A stretch of DNA of 32,000 nucleotides. Origin: Promethearchaeota archaeon. Lineage in GTDB: Archaea; Asgardarchaeota; Lokiarchaeia; Sigyniarchaeales; Promethearchaeaceae. Location: the NCBI GenBank assembly GCA_016933055.1, contig JAFGBS010000002.1:167905-199904 (forward strand), read 5' to 3'. Position numbers and translations under genes: made by a program. The notes below the pieces were generated by a model. It was not told the DNA's origin. It worked only from the letters and a program-made list of their open reading frames with translations, and did no database searches. Position 1 is the stretch's first letter. The number at the start of each line of letters is the position of its first letter. Positions 1 to 10,238 of the stretch are shown here, in pieces.

Positions 1-53
1 AAAGTAATGCAACGGGAGCAGAATAATTGCGGAGTCGGAAAACTATTACTCAT
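1..53 (-). CDS. Possible N-terminus of a gene running off the left edge (MSNSFPTPQLFCSRCIT...)
   Basis: ATG at 53-51 on the minus strand, open to base 1, contains CxxC; only 17 codons visible. Confidence 0.3.
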   Translation of the reverse strand, partial: MSNSFPTPQLFCSRCIT

Positions 54-345
54 ATTTCTTACATATACCTACCATGAAAAATAAAGCGACGGTTGTCAGA
101 AATAAGTACCAATAATGATTCTTCGACAAAATGTTGCGAATTATATTTTTCAGTTACCATCTTATAGTGATAGTATTATGATTTTACTTTTTGCGGTTTC
201 GGTTAGTTTTTCCCATGCAATGTTCATGCTTTCAAGAGATCCAAAACCCATTTCTAAATTTTCATTTTGGACATATTTTGATAAGAATTAATAGTCATTT
301 TATAGACCATATAAATTTTGAATAAATCTGTGGCATAAACTCAAA

Positions 346-765
346 CTATGAAGGAGTAGTAAAGTTATTTCTTTTCATTTCTAGATCATGATGGAGTTTA
401 TCACATCTTCGGTACCATAGTTTTACATATTCCTCATGGGGAACAATTCTGGGTAATAAATCTAAGACAGTATGTATTCCCTCATCTAAACACCATTGAA
501 CACATACTTCATAGGCTTCCCAGTCCAATTCTTCATATTCCCAATAAACTGGTATGGTTTTTTTGTCAAGCAGGTATAAAGCAAGAGCACGTGTGTGACC
601 ATCAACGAATATTGTTTTCCCATGTAGATTTTTAATTGGAATCGGCTCCTCCAGCATAGGTTTCATAGAATCTAGCCTATTTTGAATTTTTTGCAGTTTT
701 TGTTCACTAATATATAATTGACTAGGTTGAATCTTGACTGTCTGTATTGGAAAAATCTCTACCAT
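346..765 (-). CDS. ParB/Sulfiredoxin-like N-terminal domain protein
   Basis: IQPSQL...EPIPI...FVDGHTRALA matches the ParBc/Srx fold signature (DGHxR). Confidence 0.7.
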   Translation of the reverse strand: MVEIFPIQTVKIQPSQLYISEQKLQKIQNRLDSMKPMLEEPIPIKNLHGKTIFVDGHTRALALYLLDKKTIPVYWEYEELDWEAYEVCVQWCLDEGIHTVLDLLPRIVPHEEYVKLWYRRCDKLHHDLEMKRNNFTTPS

Positions 766-867
766 ATATGATAATAAGGAATTCTTTATTCATTAGATTT
801 ATTGCATAAAAAATATTGTTAAGAAAAAATTTAATAGTATTAATTTGCTTTAACTGAATGATGTCTG

Positions 868-1308
868 ATGAATGATCAAGAAGATCAAAATTTACTGCGA
901 GAAAAAATTGGAAAAAGAGGAAAGCGATTTATAATTGCAGGACTCTTTGTCCTTGTCGGTGGTATAGTTCTTTTTATTGTTGGAATTAGTGTTAATGATT
1001 TTAACCTATCGCCAGCATTAGCAGTTCCTGGAGGATTTATGACGGTGATAGGGTTTGGTATAGCAGCTGTGGGTTTACAATTTCTCTTTGCATCGAAAAC
1101 TGGGAAAATTACGAAATTTTTTGCTACAGAAACGGCTCCCGCAATGAAAACCACTTCAGAAGCAGTAACGGATGGTTTTGCTTCCGGTTTAAAAAAACAT
1201 GGAATGGGGATTGGTGAGAAAGAAGTCATAAAAGTGAAATGTCGAAATTGCGGCTATTTAGAGACGGAAGACGCCGAATTCTGCAGTAAATGCGGACAAC
1301 CCATGTAG
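868..1308 (+). CDS. Two-TM membrane protein with C-terminal zinc ribbon
   Basis: Two hydrophobic helices followed by CRNCG...FCSKCG. Confidence 0.75.
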   Translation: MNDQEDQNLLREKIGKRGKRFIIAGLFVLVGGIVLFIVGISVNDFNLSPALAVPGGFMTVIGFGIAAVGLQFLFASKTGKITKFFATETAPAMKTTSEAVTDGFASGLKKHGMGIGEKEVIKVKCRNCGYLETEDAEFCSKCGQPM

Positions 1309-1340
1309 ATTAATTATTAATTTTGATTTTTTTATTTATC

Positions 1341-2864
1341 TTATGTACCAGCAAGACGTTTTGGGAGTCTGGATTGGGCTTTCAAGCATTCTTGCAATAA
1401 TTGCGTGACCATCTGAAATCGTAATTCTTTATATTTCTCCTCATTCCATAAATTGTGCAGCTCCCAGGGATCCTTTTTTCGATTGAATAAATCTCCATAT
1501 CCAGGATGCCCCTCATACATCGTGAGTTTGTGATCTTTTGTTATGAGATGTCGTAATCTCACATATAGTCTCCCTACTTCTTCATCATTTTCGATTAATA
1601 CACTGTTACGCGGATCAATGGAGGGGTCTGTTGGGTTTTCCAATACAGCAGTCATATCTATTCCTTGCATATCAGGACGTTTTCGTCTATTAATACCGAG
1701 GAGATTTAATATTGTGATGGGATAATCCACTTGGGCAATCAATGCATTGGTTTTTGCTGGCTGTAAATCAGGTATCCGCCATATCATGGGAATATGAAAT
1801 ACACCCATACCGTGACTCGGTCCTTTGAAAAGCATACCGTGTTCCCCCATTAAATCTCCGTGGTCTGAAGTATAAATCGTGATGGTATTGTGATGATACC
1901 CCAATCGATTTACTGCGTTTAGGATCTCTCCAATATGGTAGTCCATTAACGAAAGAATTCCATAAGTATAAGCAATGAATTTTTTCGTTTCTTTTTCCGT
2001 GGATTCCCTTAGCATAGCTCCAGGCATTACATTAATATACTGTCCCAAATATCGATGATCGCGTAAATTCTCGATGTTGTGGAAATTCGGTGGAAGTTCC
2101 ATATCTTTTTGTTTATACATCGTTCGATATTTTCCAGGAGGCCAAACAGGTTGATGGGGATCGGGAAATCCGCAATGAAGATAGAATGGTTTATCCCCAT
2201 ACTCTCCATTTGCATGACGTTCCAGAAATGCGATGGTTCGCTCAGCTACATAAGCGCTCGAATATAGTTCTACAGGGATTTCATGGTCTGTAAATACGGA
2301 AAAAAAGTTCCCCATATCCTTCCAGCGTTCTCTCATGTTCTCTGCGAGATGGGGAGCTCGGTTTTCGAGCCAGTCAAGGTAATGACCACATAAAGTCGCG
2401 CCGTGTCCTAAGCATGTCTCCACTTCTTGATAGCCGTAATAAGGGAGAGGGAAATTTTCTCGGACGGGCATCCCTATCGGATCAAATACCCATCCATTGA
2501 AAGATTCAGCAGATGGAAACCCTGCAAACCAGGGGGCAACATTATATTGATGATGTAATTTCCCAATTGCAGCGGTTTGATACCCCTCTTTTACAAGGAT
2601 TTCAGTCAACGTAGGAATCTTTTCTGAAAGGATCATGCCATTACTGCGCACTCCATGCACATTGGGATAAAGACCAGTTAACAATGATGCCCTGCTAGGC
2701 ATACACATGGGGGAGTTACAGAAGGCTTCTGAGAAATGAATGCCTTCTTGTGAGAATTTATCTAGATAGGGGGTTTGAATCACTGAATTGCCCGAACATC
2801 CCATGTGATCATAACGATGTTGGTCTGAGATAATGAAAAGAACGTTTTTTTTATCAGTTACCAT
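1341..2864 (-). CDS. Formylglycine-dependent sulfatase (arylsulfatase A-like)
   Basis: NVLFIISDQHR, CMPSRASLLTG (CxPxR), GKLH, FPDPH, TSDHG motifs. Confidence 0.93.
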   Translation of the reverse strand: MVTDKKNVLFIISDQHRYDHMGCSGNSVIQTPYLDKFSQEGIHFSEAFCNSPMCMPSRASLLTGLYPNVHGVRSNGMILSEKIPTLTEILVKEGYQTAAIGKLHHQYNVAPWFAGFPSAESFNGWVFDPIGMPVRENFPLPYYGYQEVETCLGHGATLCGHYLDWLENRAPHLAENMRERWKDMGNFFSVFTDHEIPVELYSSAYVAERTIAFLERHANGEYGDKPFYLHCGFPDPHQPVWPPGKYRTMYKQKDMELPPNFHNIENLRDHRYLGQYINVMPGAMLRESTEKETKKFIAYTYGILSLMDYHIGEILNAVNRLGYHHNTITIYTSDHGDLMGEHGMLFKGPSHGMGVFHIPMIWRIPDLQPAKTNALIAQVDYPITILNLLGINRRKRPDMQGIDMTAVLENPTDPSIDPRNSVLIENDEEVGRLYVRLRHLITKDHKLTMYEGHPGYGDLFNRKKDPWELHNLWNEEKYKELRFQMVTQLLQECLKAQSRLPKRLAGT

Positions 2865-3087
2865 CGCATGAAGGTCAATTTATTGTAATTTAAATTCATT
2901 GTCTAAAAAATGGACAAAACTAGAATATATGAGAAAAAATTACAAGATCGTAAGATTTTCCCGGAGTGATCAGAATACTCACTGATCAGATTTATCCATT
3001 TACTTAACTCTTAAGGAATTAATAGAAACTGATATTGTAAAATGGAAATATCCTACAAGGAAGGAAAAATTTATTATTTTCCCCGAG

Positions 3088-4077
3088 TTAAGACAGGATT
3101 TTGGATAAAAATTCTACTACTCTCTGGAATGCTTGATCACTTTCAGGAATATACTCATACAAATTATGGAACACGTGGATCATGTCCTTCCATTTTTTAA
3201 ACTGAATATTTACTCCCGCTTTCTGTGCATTCTCGACGAGTCGTGCAGAATCATCTAATAAAATCTCAAGTTCCCCCGCATCCAGTAATAGAGGAGGAAG
3301 TCCACGAAAATTCCCGTATAAGGGAGATATATACGGATCTTGGGGAGAATGATTTGCGTAATAGGCGGCTGCTAATAGGCGTAAATCTTGTTCGCGTATG
3401 TCGGGATCACTTTGTTTATTCGAGAATAAAGAAGGTCCTGTAAAAGTGAGATCAGTCCAAGGAGAAAATAATATAGTCCCTGCTGGAAGGTTTTTGTCTT
3501 CGTCTCGAAGCTTTAGTAATAGAGCAAGCGCAAGACCTCCTCCAGCCGAACTTCCTGCAATTATGATGGTCTTTGGATCGATATCCATTTGGTCCAGTAG
3601 ATAGTTATATACAAACACTGCATCTTCCAAGGCGGCTGGATAGGGATGTTCTGGAGCATGAGAATAATTAACGCTCAAAATCTTTTTTTTAATGATGGTA
3701 CTTAAGCGAGTAGGAGTTTTCCACCTGGCGTCAAGGGAGCCAAATACATAACCACCTCCGTGAAAATATAAAATCAAGCCAGTTTCATCCGCTTTTTTAG
3801 GTAGAATCCATTCTACAAGTATGGATCCAATGGTTTCGCGCTGAAAGTTTACATTAGAAGGGCGAGGAGTTAAATTTTGCATATAATCGTCCACAAACCG
3901 ATGGGCTTTTACGACAAATAAGGAATCCTCTTGTGTTTGGAACTTTTGGAGCACCTGGTCTAGAGGAATCTTTTCTTGTTCTGCAAATAGCTTTAATCCA
4001 TTATTGAACTGGGAATCTTTTACTTTTAGGGCTTTAGCGAGATCCGCACGTAAATGAGAATAATCTGGTTGTTCCAT
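3088..4077 (-). CDS. Alpha/beta hydrolase fold-3 esterase/lipase (HSL family)
   Basis: HGGG oxyanion motif, APEHPYPAALED, GSSAGG nucleophile elbow, late Asp and His (MIHVF). Confidence 0.9.
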   Translation of the reverse strand: MEQPDYSHLRADLAKALKVKDSQFNNGLKLFAEQEKIPLDQVLQKFQTQEDSLFVVKAHRFVDDYMQNLTPRPSNVNFQRETIGSILVEWILPKKADETGLILYFHGGGYVFGSLDARWKTPTRLSTIIKKKILSVNYSHAPEHPYPAALEDAVFVYNYLLDQMDIDPKTIIIAGSSAGGGLALALLLKLRDEDKNLPAGTILFSPWTDLTFTGPSLFSNKQSDPDIREQDLRLLAAAYYANHSPQDPYISPLYGNFRGLPPLLLDAGELEILLDDSARLVENAQKAGVNIQFKKWKDMIHVFHNLYEYIPESDQAFQRVVEFLSKILS

Positions 4078-4140
4078 AATATATCCTCCATTGTATATTA
4101 ATGGTTAAAGGGATGAAGTGTTTAATAAAATGGTGGATTT

Positions 4141-5418
4141 CTACTCAATTCTTTCATCCATATTTTTTCTTAATTTTTTAAGTGCTAAGAGAAATAGGGG
4201 TATAAGAGAAAGTTCTAAAGCAATAGATAATATAAAAGGTGCTTTGGGGCTGAAAATGTCCCATAACCATCCTCCAATCACCGGTCCAATCAACCACCCA
4301 CCTTGGTTCATGAGTTCTATCAGTCCGAATATGCGACCACGATGGCTAAGGCTAATTCTGCTAAAAAGATTCTGAGCGAGTAATTGCCCCGCTGTAGCCA
4401 ATATGAAATCCATCAACAATAAGATCAAGAAGAGCCATGTTAAACTGGTAGTAATGATAATTCCAGTCACAATTGCTCCAATCAGACTCACTACGACAAA
4501 TCCTATTACACCTACTTTATCTGCAATTACTCCTAATTTTGGGGCGGCAATTAAACTAAAAATTCTAGAACTATAAAGCGCAATCATCACATAGATAGTG
4601 CTCAGTTCCAAATTCTCATACATGTATACTTGTAAAAAAGGTTGTGTAGTATGTTCATTCATTGAAGAAAATAACACAGTCATAGAAAGAAAGATTAAAC
4701 CTAGAATGATGATCCAATTCCGAGAGTTTGTGGATGGTGAAGATAGTGGTTTTTTTCCTATGGAACTATCAGCAAGAACGTCCTCTTCTTGATATTTTAT
4801 GGTTTCATCGACTTTTCTCATAAATTGCCATCCCGCAAATACATTGATAAGAGCAAAAATGATCATGGGAGAATATTGAATCCATGGATTTTCCCCAAAG
4901 ATGTAGAATCCTAATGCAAACAGTGCAAACGAGATAATAGCACCAGCAAGTGAACCGTACCCAATCATTCCGAACCTTTTACCATATGCTTCAGACCTAT
5001 AATATTTGGAAGATTTCTCTGCGACTAATGTATTAAAAGGGGGCCAGAAAAACCCAACGAGAAGCCCTTGGATGAAAATCCCTACTCCAAATGCAATAAC
5101 TGACTGGAAGATAATAGAGAAATAGAATATCGTATAGCTAACGGTTCGACCAAAGGAACCGATCATTACTAATATTTTCTTGGAGGCTTTATCTGTCAAA
5201 TATCCGACCAGAGGAGTCACAATCAACCGTCCGAAGGGTTGCATTGCAATTAAAACCCCAATAATCGATGCACTGACTTTAAAATACTCGCTCGTTACAT
5301 AAGGAATTACAAAACCGAAGAACATAAACCCGAAGCTATTCCAGAATATAATACGGATCATTTGTGAGAAATCTTTGGTAGTGTGAGAATTAGGTCGAAT
5401 TTGGGTCACTAAGATCAA
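4141..5418 (-). CDS. Major facilitator superfamily transporter
   Basis: About 12 hydrophobic segments; GYLTDKASKK and GVIADKVG motif-A-like loops. Confidence 0.88.
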   Translation of the reverse strand: MILVTQIRPNSHTTKDFSQMIRIIFWNSFGFMFFGFVIPYVTSEYFKVSASIIGVLIAMQPFGRLIVTPLVGYLTDKASKKILVMIGSFGRTVSYTIFYFSIIFQSVIAFGVGIFIQGLLVGFFWPPFNTLVAEKSSKYYRSEAYGKRFGMIGYGSLAGAIISFALFALGFYIFGENPWIQYSPMIIFALINVFAGWQFMRKVDETIKYQEEDVLADSSIGKKPLSSPSTNSRNWIIILGLIFLSMTVLFSSMNEHTTQPFLQVYMYENLELSTIYVMIALYSSRIFSLIAAPKLGVIADKVGVIGFVVVSLIGAIVTGIIITTSLTWLFLILLLMDFILATAGQLLAQNLFSRISLSHRGRIFGLIELMNQGGWLIGPVIGGWLWDIFSPKAPFILSIALELSLIPLFLLALKKLRKNMDERIE

Positions 5419-5533
5419 ATTAGTCTTTGGTGGAATACTAATAACATTTCGCCCTTAGATGGGTAGAAATTTGACCAGAGAGATATTGCATTATTGTTGA
5501 TAGATTCAAATACCTTCCAAGGTTATTAGAGTC

Positions 5534-6170
5534 ATGTCTTTGGGAATCTCTTCTGTAGCGGAATTTAACACTGTTATCACCATGCTTGGATTTCTGTGTG
5601 CTTCTGTTCAAGCGGCTACAGGTACTTACGCAGCTTATTATAAGGGTAAAATCTCTCTTTTGCGCACAAATGATGCCTTAAATCGGTCATCGTGCTTTTG
5701 GTGGATTTGCAACCGTACTATACTTCATCGGTTTGTTTCAAGGCCTTACAGGATTTATTGGGGGTCTTCTGCAAATGGAGGGGTCCCCTCCATTCGAACC
5801 AGATAGGGTGTCATTCAATTTGCACGTCTGGATTAGTTTTCCAATTATGGTGATAATAATATGGAAGACAGTTATTTCGTACTTTGCTAAAAAAAAGGTG
5901 TTTAAACAAGGTAAAATCGTCGGGATGGTAACATTTATTGCATGGCTCATAACATGGATCACTTCATGTATTGCATTTTATGTGAATGTAGAAGGAAATC
6001 CGTGGGCGATTCCGGGATTGACCCACGAGCCACCAGGTATTCTGCTACCTGCAACTTATTGGGGTCTAATTATACAAATTTTAATCCCATTTATCATTGC
6101 AATATTAGTCACTCGACCAATATTATGGAAAGCACAAAAAATTGAACTGGAAAAACAGAAAAAAGGTTAA
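5534..6170 (+). pseudogene. Frameshifted multi-TM membrane protein with two His-containing helices (cytochrome b561-like, tentative)
   Basis: ORF 5534-5806 reads as a membrane protein up to ...TNDALNR. A +1 frame then opens after TAA at 5679-5681 and reads HRAFGGFATVLYFIGLFQGLTG... into ORF 5733-6170. Confidence 0.65.
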
Positions 6171-6203
6171 ATAGGAAATTTTGATGGACCATCGAGGGTA
6201 AGA

Positions 6204-6617
6204 ATGATATTTCAAGGAACCATACAAAAGGGCTTCGGGACGGGAGCCTTTTATGTACAACTACCACATTATTTTCAAGGTTTCACTGATCTTTTGGGAG
6301 CGCCTCCCTATCCTGGTACATTAAACGTTCTATTTTCAGAAAAAGATAATGAAGAATTGAATCGAATTTTGAGCTTTATCTCACCATCAGTGATTTCTGG
6401 AAAACAAGATGCTAATCTGGGGGACTGGTGTATTGAATGTTATCCGTGTGAAATTTGGAAAAAAAATCCAAAGAAAAGCGTTAGAGGGCTGATCCTGCGA
6501 TTTAGTCGTCCAGATCATGAAGAAGAGGTAATAGAATTGGTATCTGCCCACTTTTTACGGGAGAAATTTACTTTAGAGGATGGGGATTTAATAAAATTCC
6601 TACCGATAAGGGTATAA
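6204..6617 (+). CDS. ribK: CTP-dependent riboflavin kinase (archaeal type, no HTH domain)
   Basis: GTIQKGFGTGAFYV, PYPGTLNV, IELVS, LREKFTLEDGD motifs. Confidence 0.85.
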   Translation: MIFQGTIQKGFGTGAFYVQLPHYFQGFTDLLGAPPYPGTLNVLFSEKDNEELNRILSFISPSVISGKQDANLGDWCIECYPCEIWKKNPKKSVRGLILRFSRPDHEEEVIELVSAHFLREKFTLEDGDLIKFLPIRV

Positions 6618-6638
6618 TCTGCGGGTATTTTATAGGAG

Positions 6639-7181
6639 ATGATGATTAAGATGGTTTTTCAGAACGCGTCCCTCTCCGATATCGATGAAATTTGCCAGAT
6701 CAATCACCGACTTCTCCGAATGAATGTTTCTGATAAAAATAGAGGATTTTTATTAGGAGAACGCTCTAAGTCCGAAATAATGAATTCTCTTGGCAACTAT
6801 TACGTCATTAAAGAAGAAAATCAAGTTCTTGGATATCTGGAAATCGATTTTAAGATAGAAAGGAAGAATTTTAGAACTGGAATATGGGAAAATGTCCAAA
6901 TCCAAGATAAGATCCTAGAAAAGATGCGTCAAAAGAAATATATTTATTTGGTTCAAATTGCGGTAAAAAAACAAAGAATGGGTATTGGTCGACAATTAAT
7001 TCATGGAATTTTAAAAAAATTCGAAGGATTTCTCATGATTTCATTCGTGGTAAGTAAACCCTATTACAACGAAGCTTCTTGTGAATTTTTTGAAAAGCTT
7101 GGATTCATTAGAGGGGGATGTTTTTCACTGCAGTCAAAATTTGGAATATTGGGTTATGAACGATTCTGTTACGTAAAATAA
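6639..7181 (+). CDS. GNAT family N-acetyltransferase
   Basis: LVQIAV..QRMGIGRQL acetyl-CoA motif and NEASCEFFEKLGF. Confidence 0.8.
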   Translation: MMIKMVFQNASLSDIDEICQINHRLLRMNVSDKNRGFLLGERSKSEIMNSLGNYYVIKEENQVLGYLEIDFKIERKNFRTGIWENVQIQDKILEKMRQKKYIYLVQIAVKKQRMGIGRQLIHGILKKFEGFLMISFVVSKPYYNEASCEFFEKLGFIRGGCFSLQSKFGILGYERFCYVK

Positions 7182-7314
7182 ATCTTTCTCTTCACCTTGA
7201 TCAACTTTTTTAGACTAATTTATTCCATACTTGGAATGTTCTCCTCATATTTAAAAGCGATTTAAAGAATTACTGTTCGGAATATTTTTATAGAACTTTC
7301 AACCGACAATTTTT

Positions 7315-8751
7315 ATGAAAAGAATTACAAGTATGGATTTTTGGAGAGGCATTTGTATAATTATCGCTACTATGTTCCACTTCTTGTTTGTATCATGGGA
7401 GAAATTCAAAAATAATGGTGCAGAAATTTTAGCTGGAGATAATTACGTATTAATTGCTCTAGCAGTTGTAATGTTCGTATTTATCCACTGGAGAGGATTA
7501 TTTCTTCTAATTTCAGCAGTAGTGAATTTTTACCAATTGGAAACCGCTGCAAAGAAGTATGATTCCAATATGGGGGTAATTTTTGCTAAACAAATTATCA
7601 CGGGGATTGTTTTGATAATCATTGGGAAAATATGGGCTTTTGCCTTTCCCTATTGGGGATTTATTGAATTGTGGTCTAGGGATCCAAGTTCCACGTTTTG
7701 GGGGGGGACCATCACTCTGGCGTTTTATTTAAAAGACCACTGGGCTTTTGTGTTCATCATCGAAGCGATTGATTCCATCGGTCTAATGATGATTATTACA
7801 TCATTTTTCTTTGTCTTGTTTCATTACTTCCGTGGAAAATATGCATGGTTGGTTAAAGTTGTATTCTTAAATGTAATAGGTTACACGATTATTTTTGTTA
7901 GTCCCCTGATTATCCAATGGGCTAGCAATATTCATTACGGAGATAGTTTAATTGATACTTTTCGGCACATCAATGGAGTTCGAATTGAGGGAGGGGGATT
8001 CGGATTTTGGGAATTATTACGACATACGGTAATCATATGGATTGGAGGGAGGGAAGCTCCTCTATTTCCGATGCTCGGATCATATTTTGTGGGGGCTTCT
8101 TTTGGATATATTATCACTCAAGAAAACCCGAAACGAACTCAATTACGGTGGATGCTTATCCCTAGTGCAATCGCTGTAATAGTAGGGGTTGTCGACTTGT
8201 TTTTCTTTTATGAGTATGCAGGATTGACAGGAATTGATGCTATGTTTGCGAATATTGGATTCCATGTTCACCCGCGCTGGTTTGCAATGATATCGATAGG
8301 ATTACAAGCACCAATCATTCTCGCTTCTCTTGCGATTATTGAATTTAATCCAAAGTTGAATCAGGAAAGGTGGTTGAAATATACTCGGTGGATACGCAGA
8401 TTTGGAGTATTTACCCTAACACTGTATTTTCTCGGAGTGTTCGATTTTCTAGTCCGCTGGGTAATACGAAAAATTGTGCATGCAATAAATCCCTCCTCTA
8501 CAGTAGATTTCATTACCCGTTATGGACTGGCAGATGGGTGGACTTTTGCCATCTTAGGAATTCTGATGGGATTATGGGCTATTGGTATATTTGTCTGGGA
8601 TAAAGTGGGTAAGGGATACTTATCCGTGGATTTTTTTGTAAATTTACTGCGTATTCCTAAAAAAGGACGAAAAAGAGATTGGAAAGATCCAATGAATCTA
8701 CAAGGTATATTATACGATGTGCAGATGGTTACTTTTTGGAAAAAACCTTGA
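7315..8751 (+). CDS. Polytopic membrane protein, DUF1624/HGSNAT-like acyltransferase-type
   Basis: N-terminal KRITSMDFWRG...MFH pattern, many TM helices, PLFPMLG. Confidence 0.6.
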   Translation: MKRITSMDFWRGICIIIATMFHFLFVSWEKFKNNGAEILAGDNYVLIALAVVMFVFIHWRGLFLLISAVVNFYQLETAAKKYDSNMGVIFAKQIITGIVLIIIGKIWAFAFPYWGFIELWSRDPSSTFWGGTITLAFYLKDHWAFVFIIEAIDSIGLMMIITSFFFVLFHYFRGKYAWLVKVVFLNVIGYTIIFVSPLIIQWASNIHYGDSLIDTFRHINGVRIEGGGFGFWELLRHTVIIWIGGREAPLFPMLGSYFVGASFGYIITQENPKRTQLRWMLIPSAIAVIVGVVDLFFFYEYAGLTGIDAMFANIGFHVHPRWFAMISIGLQAPIILASLAIIEFNPKLNQERWLKYTRWIRRFGVFTLTLYFLGVFDFLVRWVIRKIVHAINPSSTVDFITRYGLADGWTFAILGILMGLWAIGIFVWDKVGKGYLSVDFFVNLLRIPKKGRKRDWKDPMNLQGILYDVQMVTFWKKP

Positions 8752-8818
8752 GATCAATTGCATAAGATCCCAATAAGAGATATTAGGACCTTTGCAATAC
8801 TTACATTATAATGGGGGT

Positions 8819-9343
8819 GTGAACACAATAACCAGCAGTTATAAAGTTAAAGTGTTGTTATGTGGTCCTGCGGGATCGGGGAAGGAAAAACTCATAAATC
8901 GTTTTGTAAAGTCAAGGTTTCAAACTGATTACAAACTCACGGTTGGTGTTGACATTCTGACGAAAGATGTGGAATTACCAAATGATCAAATTTGTACTCT
9001 TAGCATATGGGATATTGGTAATCAGGAACGATTCTCATTTGTACGATCCACCTTCTATAAGGGTGCTGCTGGGGCAATATTAGTGTTTGATTCAAGCTGT
9101 GCTAAAACATACGATGAAATCAAACAATGGAGAGCAGAGGTGAAAAAGTTTGCGGGAGATATTCCATTCGTACTAGTTGGAAATCACTTGGAACGATTAC
9201 CAGACGAAGGAGGGGGAATAGATCGTAATAAATGCAAGGAGTATGCAGAAAATCAAGGATCTATCTATATTGAAACTTCCGAGATTGATAGTTTCAATAT
9301 TGATGAAGTTTTTACTGCACTAGCAAAGCGAATCGTGGGGTAA
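8819..9343 (+). CDS. Rab-like small GTPase homologue with degenerate nucleotide-binding motifs
   Basis: YKLTVGVDI, TLSIWD, RFSFVRSTFYKGAAGAILVFD are Rab-family-like. G1 GPAGSGKE, G3 DIGN, G4 NHLE and G5 TSEI are non-canonical. Start placed at GTG 8819 after a G-rich SD-like run; the track gives TTG 8792. Confidence 0.85.
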   Translation: MNTITSSYKVKVLLCGPAGSGKEKLINRFVKSRFQTDYKLTVGVDILTKDVELPNDQICTLSIWDIGNQERFSFVRSTFYKGAAGAILVFDSSCAKTYDEIKQWRAEVKKFAGDIPFVLVGNHLERLPDEGGGIDRNKCKEYAENQGSIYIETSEIDSFNIDEVFTALAKRIVG

Positions 9344-9448
9344 ATATATAGATCAAATCTACAGATAAAAAGAAGAAACTGGCTTATTTTAGATCAGGTT
9401 GATATACATCCAGAAGTTTCTGAACCTATTTATGACTCAAATTATCTA

Positions 9449-10063
9449 TTACCTGAAGTTTTTTTCTTCTTTTTCCTCGATTCGATTAATATAATCAATT
9501 ATCTTCTGGAAAGTTCCTCTCTTTTTTGGATTTTTATTAATCGACTCAATAATTACCTTCTTAAAAAATCCATAGAATTTATCGGGAAAATCTGGGTATT
9601 CCTCTAATAATTCGTTGATGTTTAACTCTTCTTCATCAAACAGATGAATTTGTTTTTTATCGGGGTACCCCGGAACATCCACTTCATCTCGCTTGAATTT
9701 AACAATATTTCTTTCTCGGGTTAGATAAATATCGACCCCAAAATAGCGTACAATATGATCTTTAGGAACATTGTCCATGTCATTAAACCGAAATTCTGCT
9801 TTAGTTTCCAGTTCTTCTGGAGTATATGGTTGTTTTTGTTGATAAATCAGAATTCCTGGTTCCTCATAATAATCTGTAATGAGTTGAATATTACCCCTTG
9901 AATTAATTTCATATGACAAATCCGTCACGATTTTTCCATCTAGAAATCGAATAATGTTAGAGATATGATCAATTGTTTCCTCAATTTGCTCCAAAGTTGT
10001 TTCTTCATATTCCTCAAGTTCTTCTTCCGTCTCTTCTAGTAATTTATTAAATTCCTCATTCAT
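9449..10063 (-). CDS. Hypothetical acidic protein
   Basis: 204-aa ORF with AGGAG SD-like motif upstream; no family recognised. Confidence 0.7.
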   Translation of the reverse strand: MNEEFNKLLEETEEELEEYEETTLEQIEETIDHISNIIRFLDGKIVTDLSYEINSRGNIQLITDYYEEPGILIYQQKQPYTPEELETKAEFRFNDMDNVPKDHIVRYFGVDIYLTRERNIVKFKRDEVDVPGYPDKKQIHLFDEEELNINELLEEYPDFPDKFYGFFKKVIIESINKNPKKRGTFQKIIDYINRIEEKEEKNFR

Positions 10064-10238
10064 TTTAGTTTCTCTCCTTAGGGTTATGACGTGGTGTCGA
10101 GACCCATACTTACATAATGTCTATACCCTTTTTTAAATGTATGTGTTAATTTCCAAATTTTACTTCAATACGATTTTGGGTGAGCTGACATAACCTTTAA
10201 TGATATGAAATCCCTAAAAATGAGTATCCAAGTACAAA

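Noticed and set aside
165-290. Short minus-strand frame resembling an SRPBCC C-terminus (EMGFGSLESMNIAWEKL)
   Set aside because: Only about 40 codons between stops; the similarity is too weak to support.
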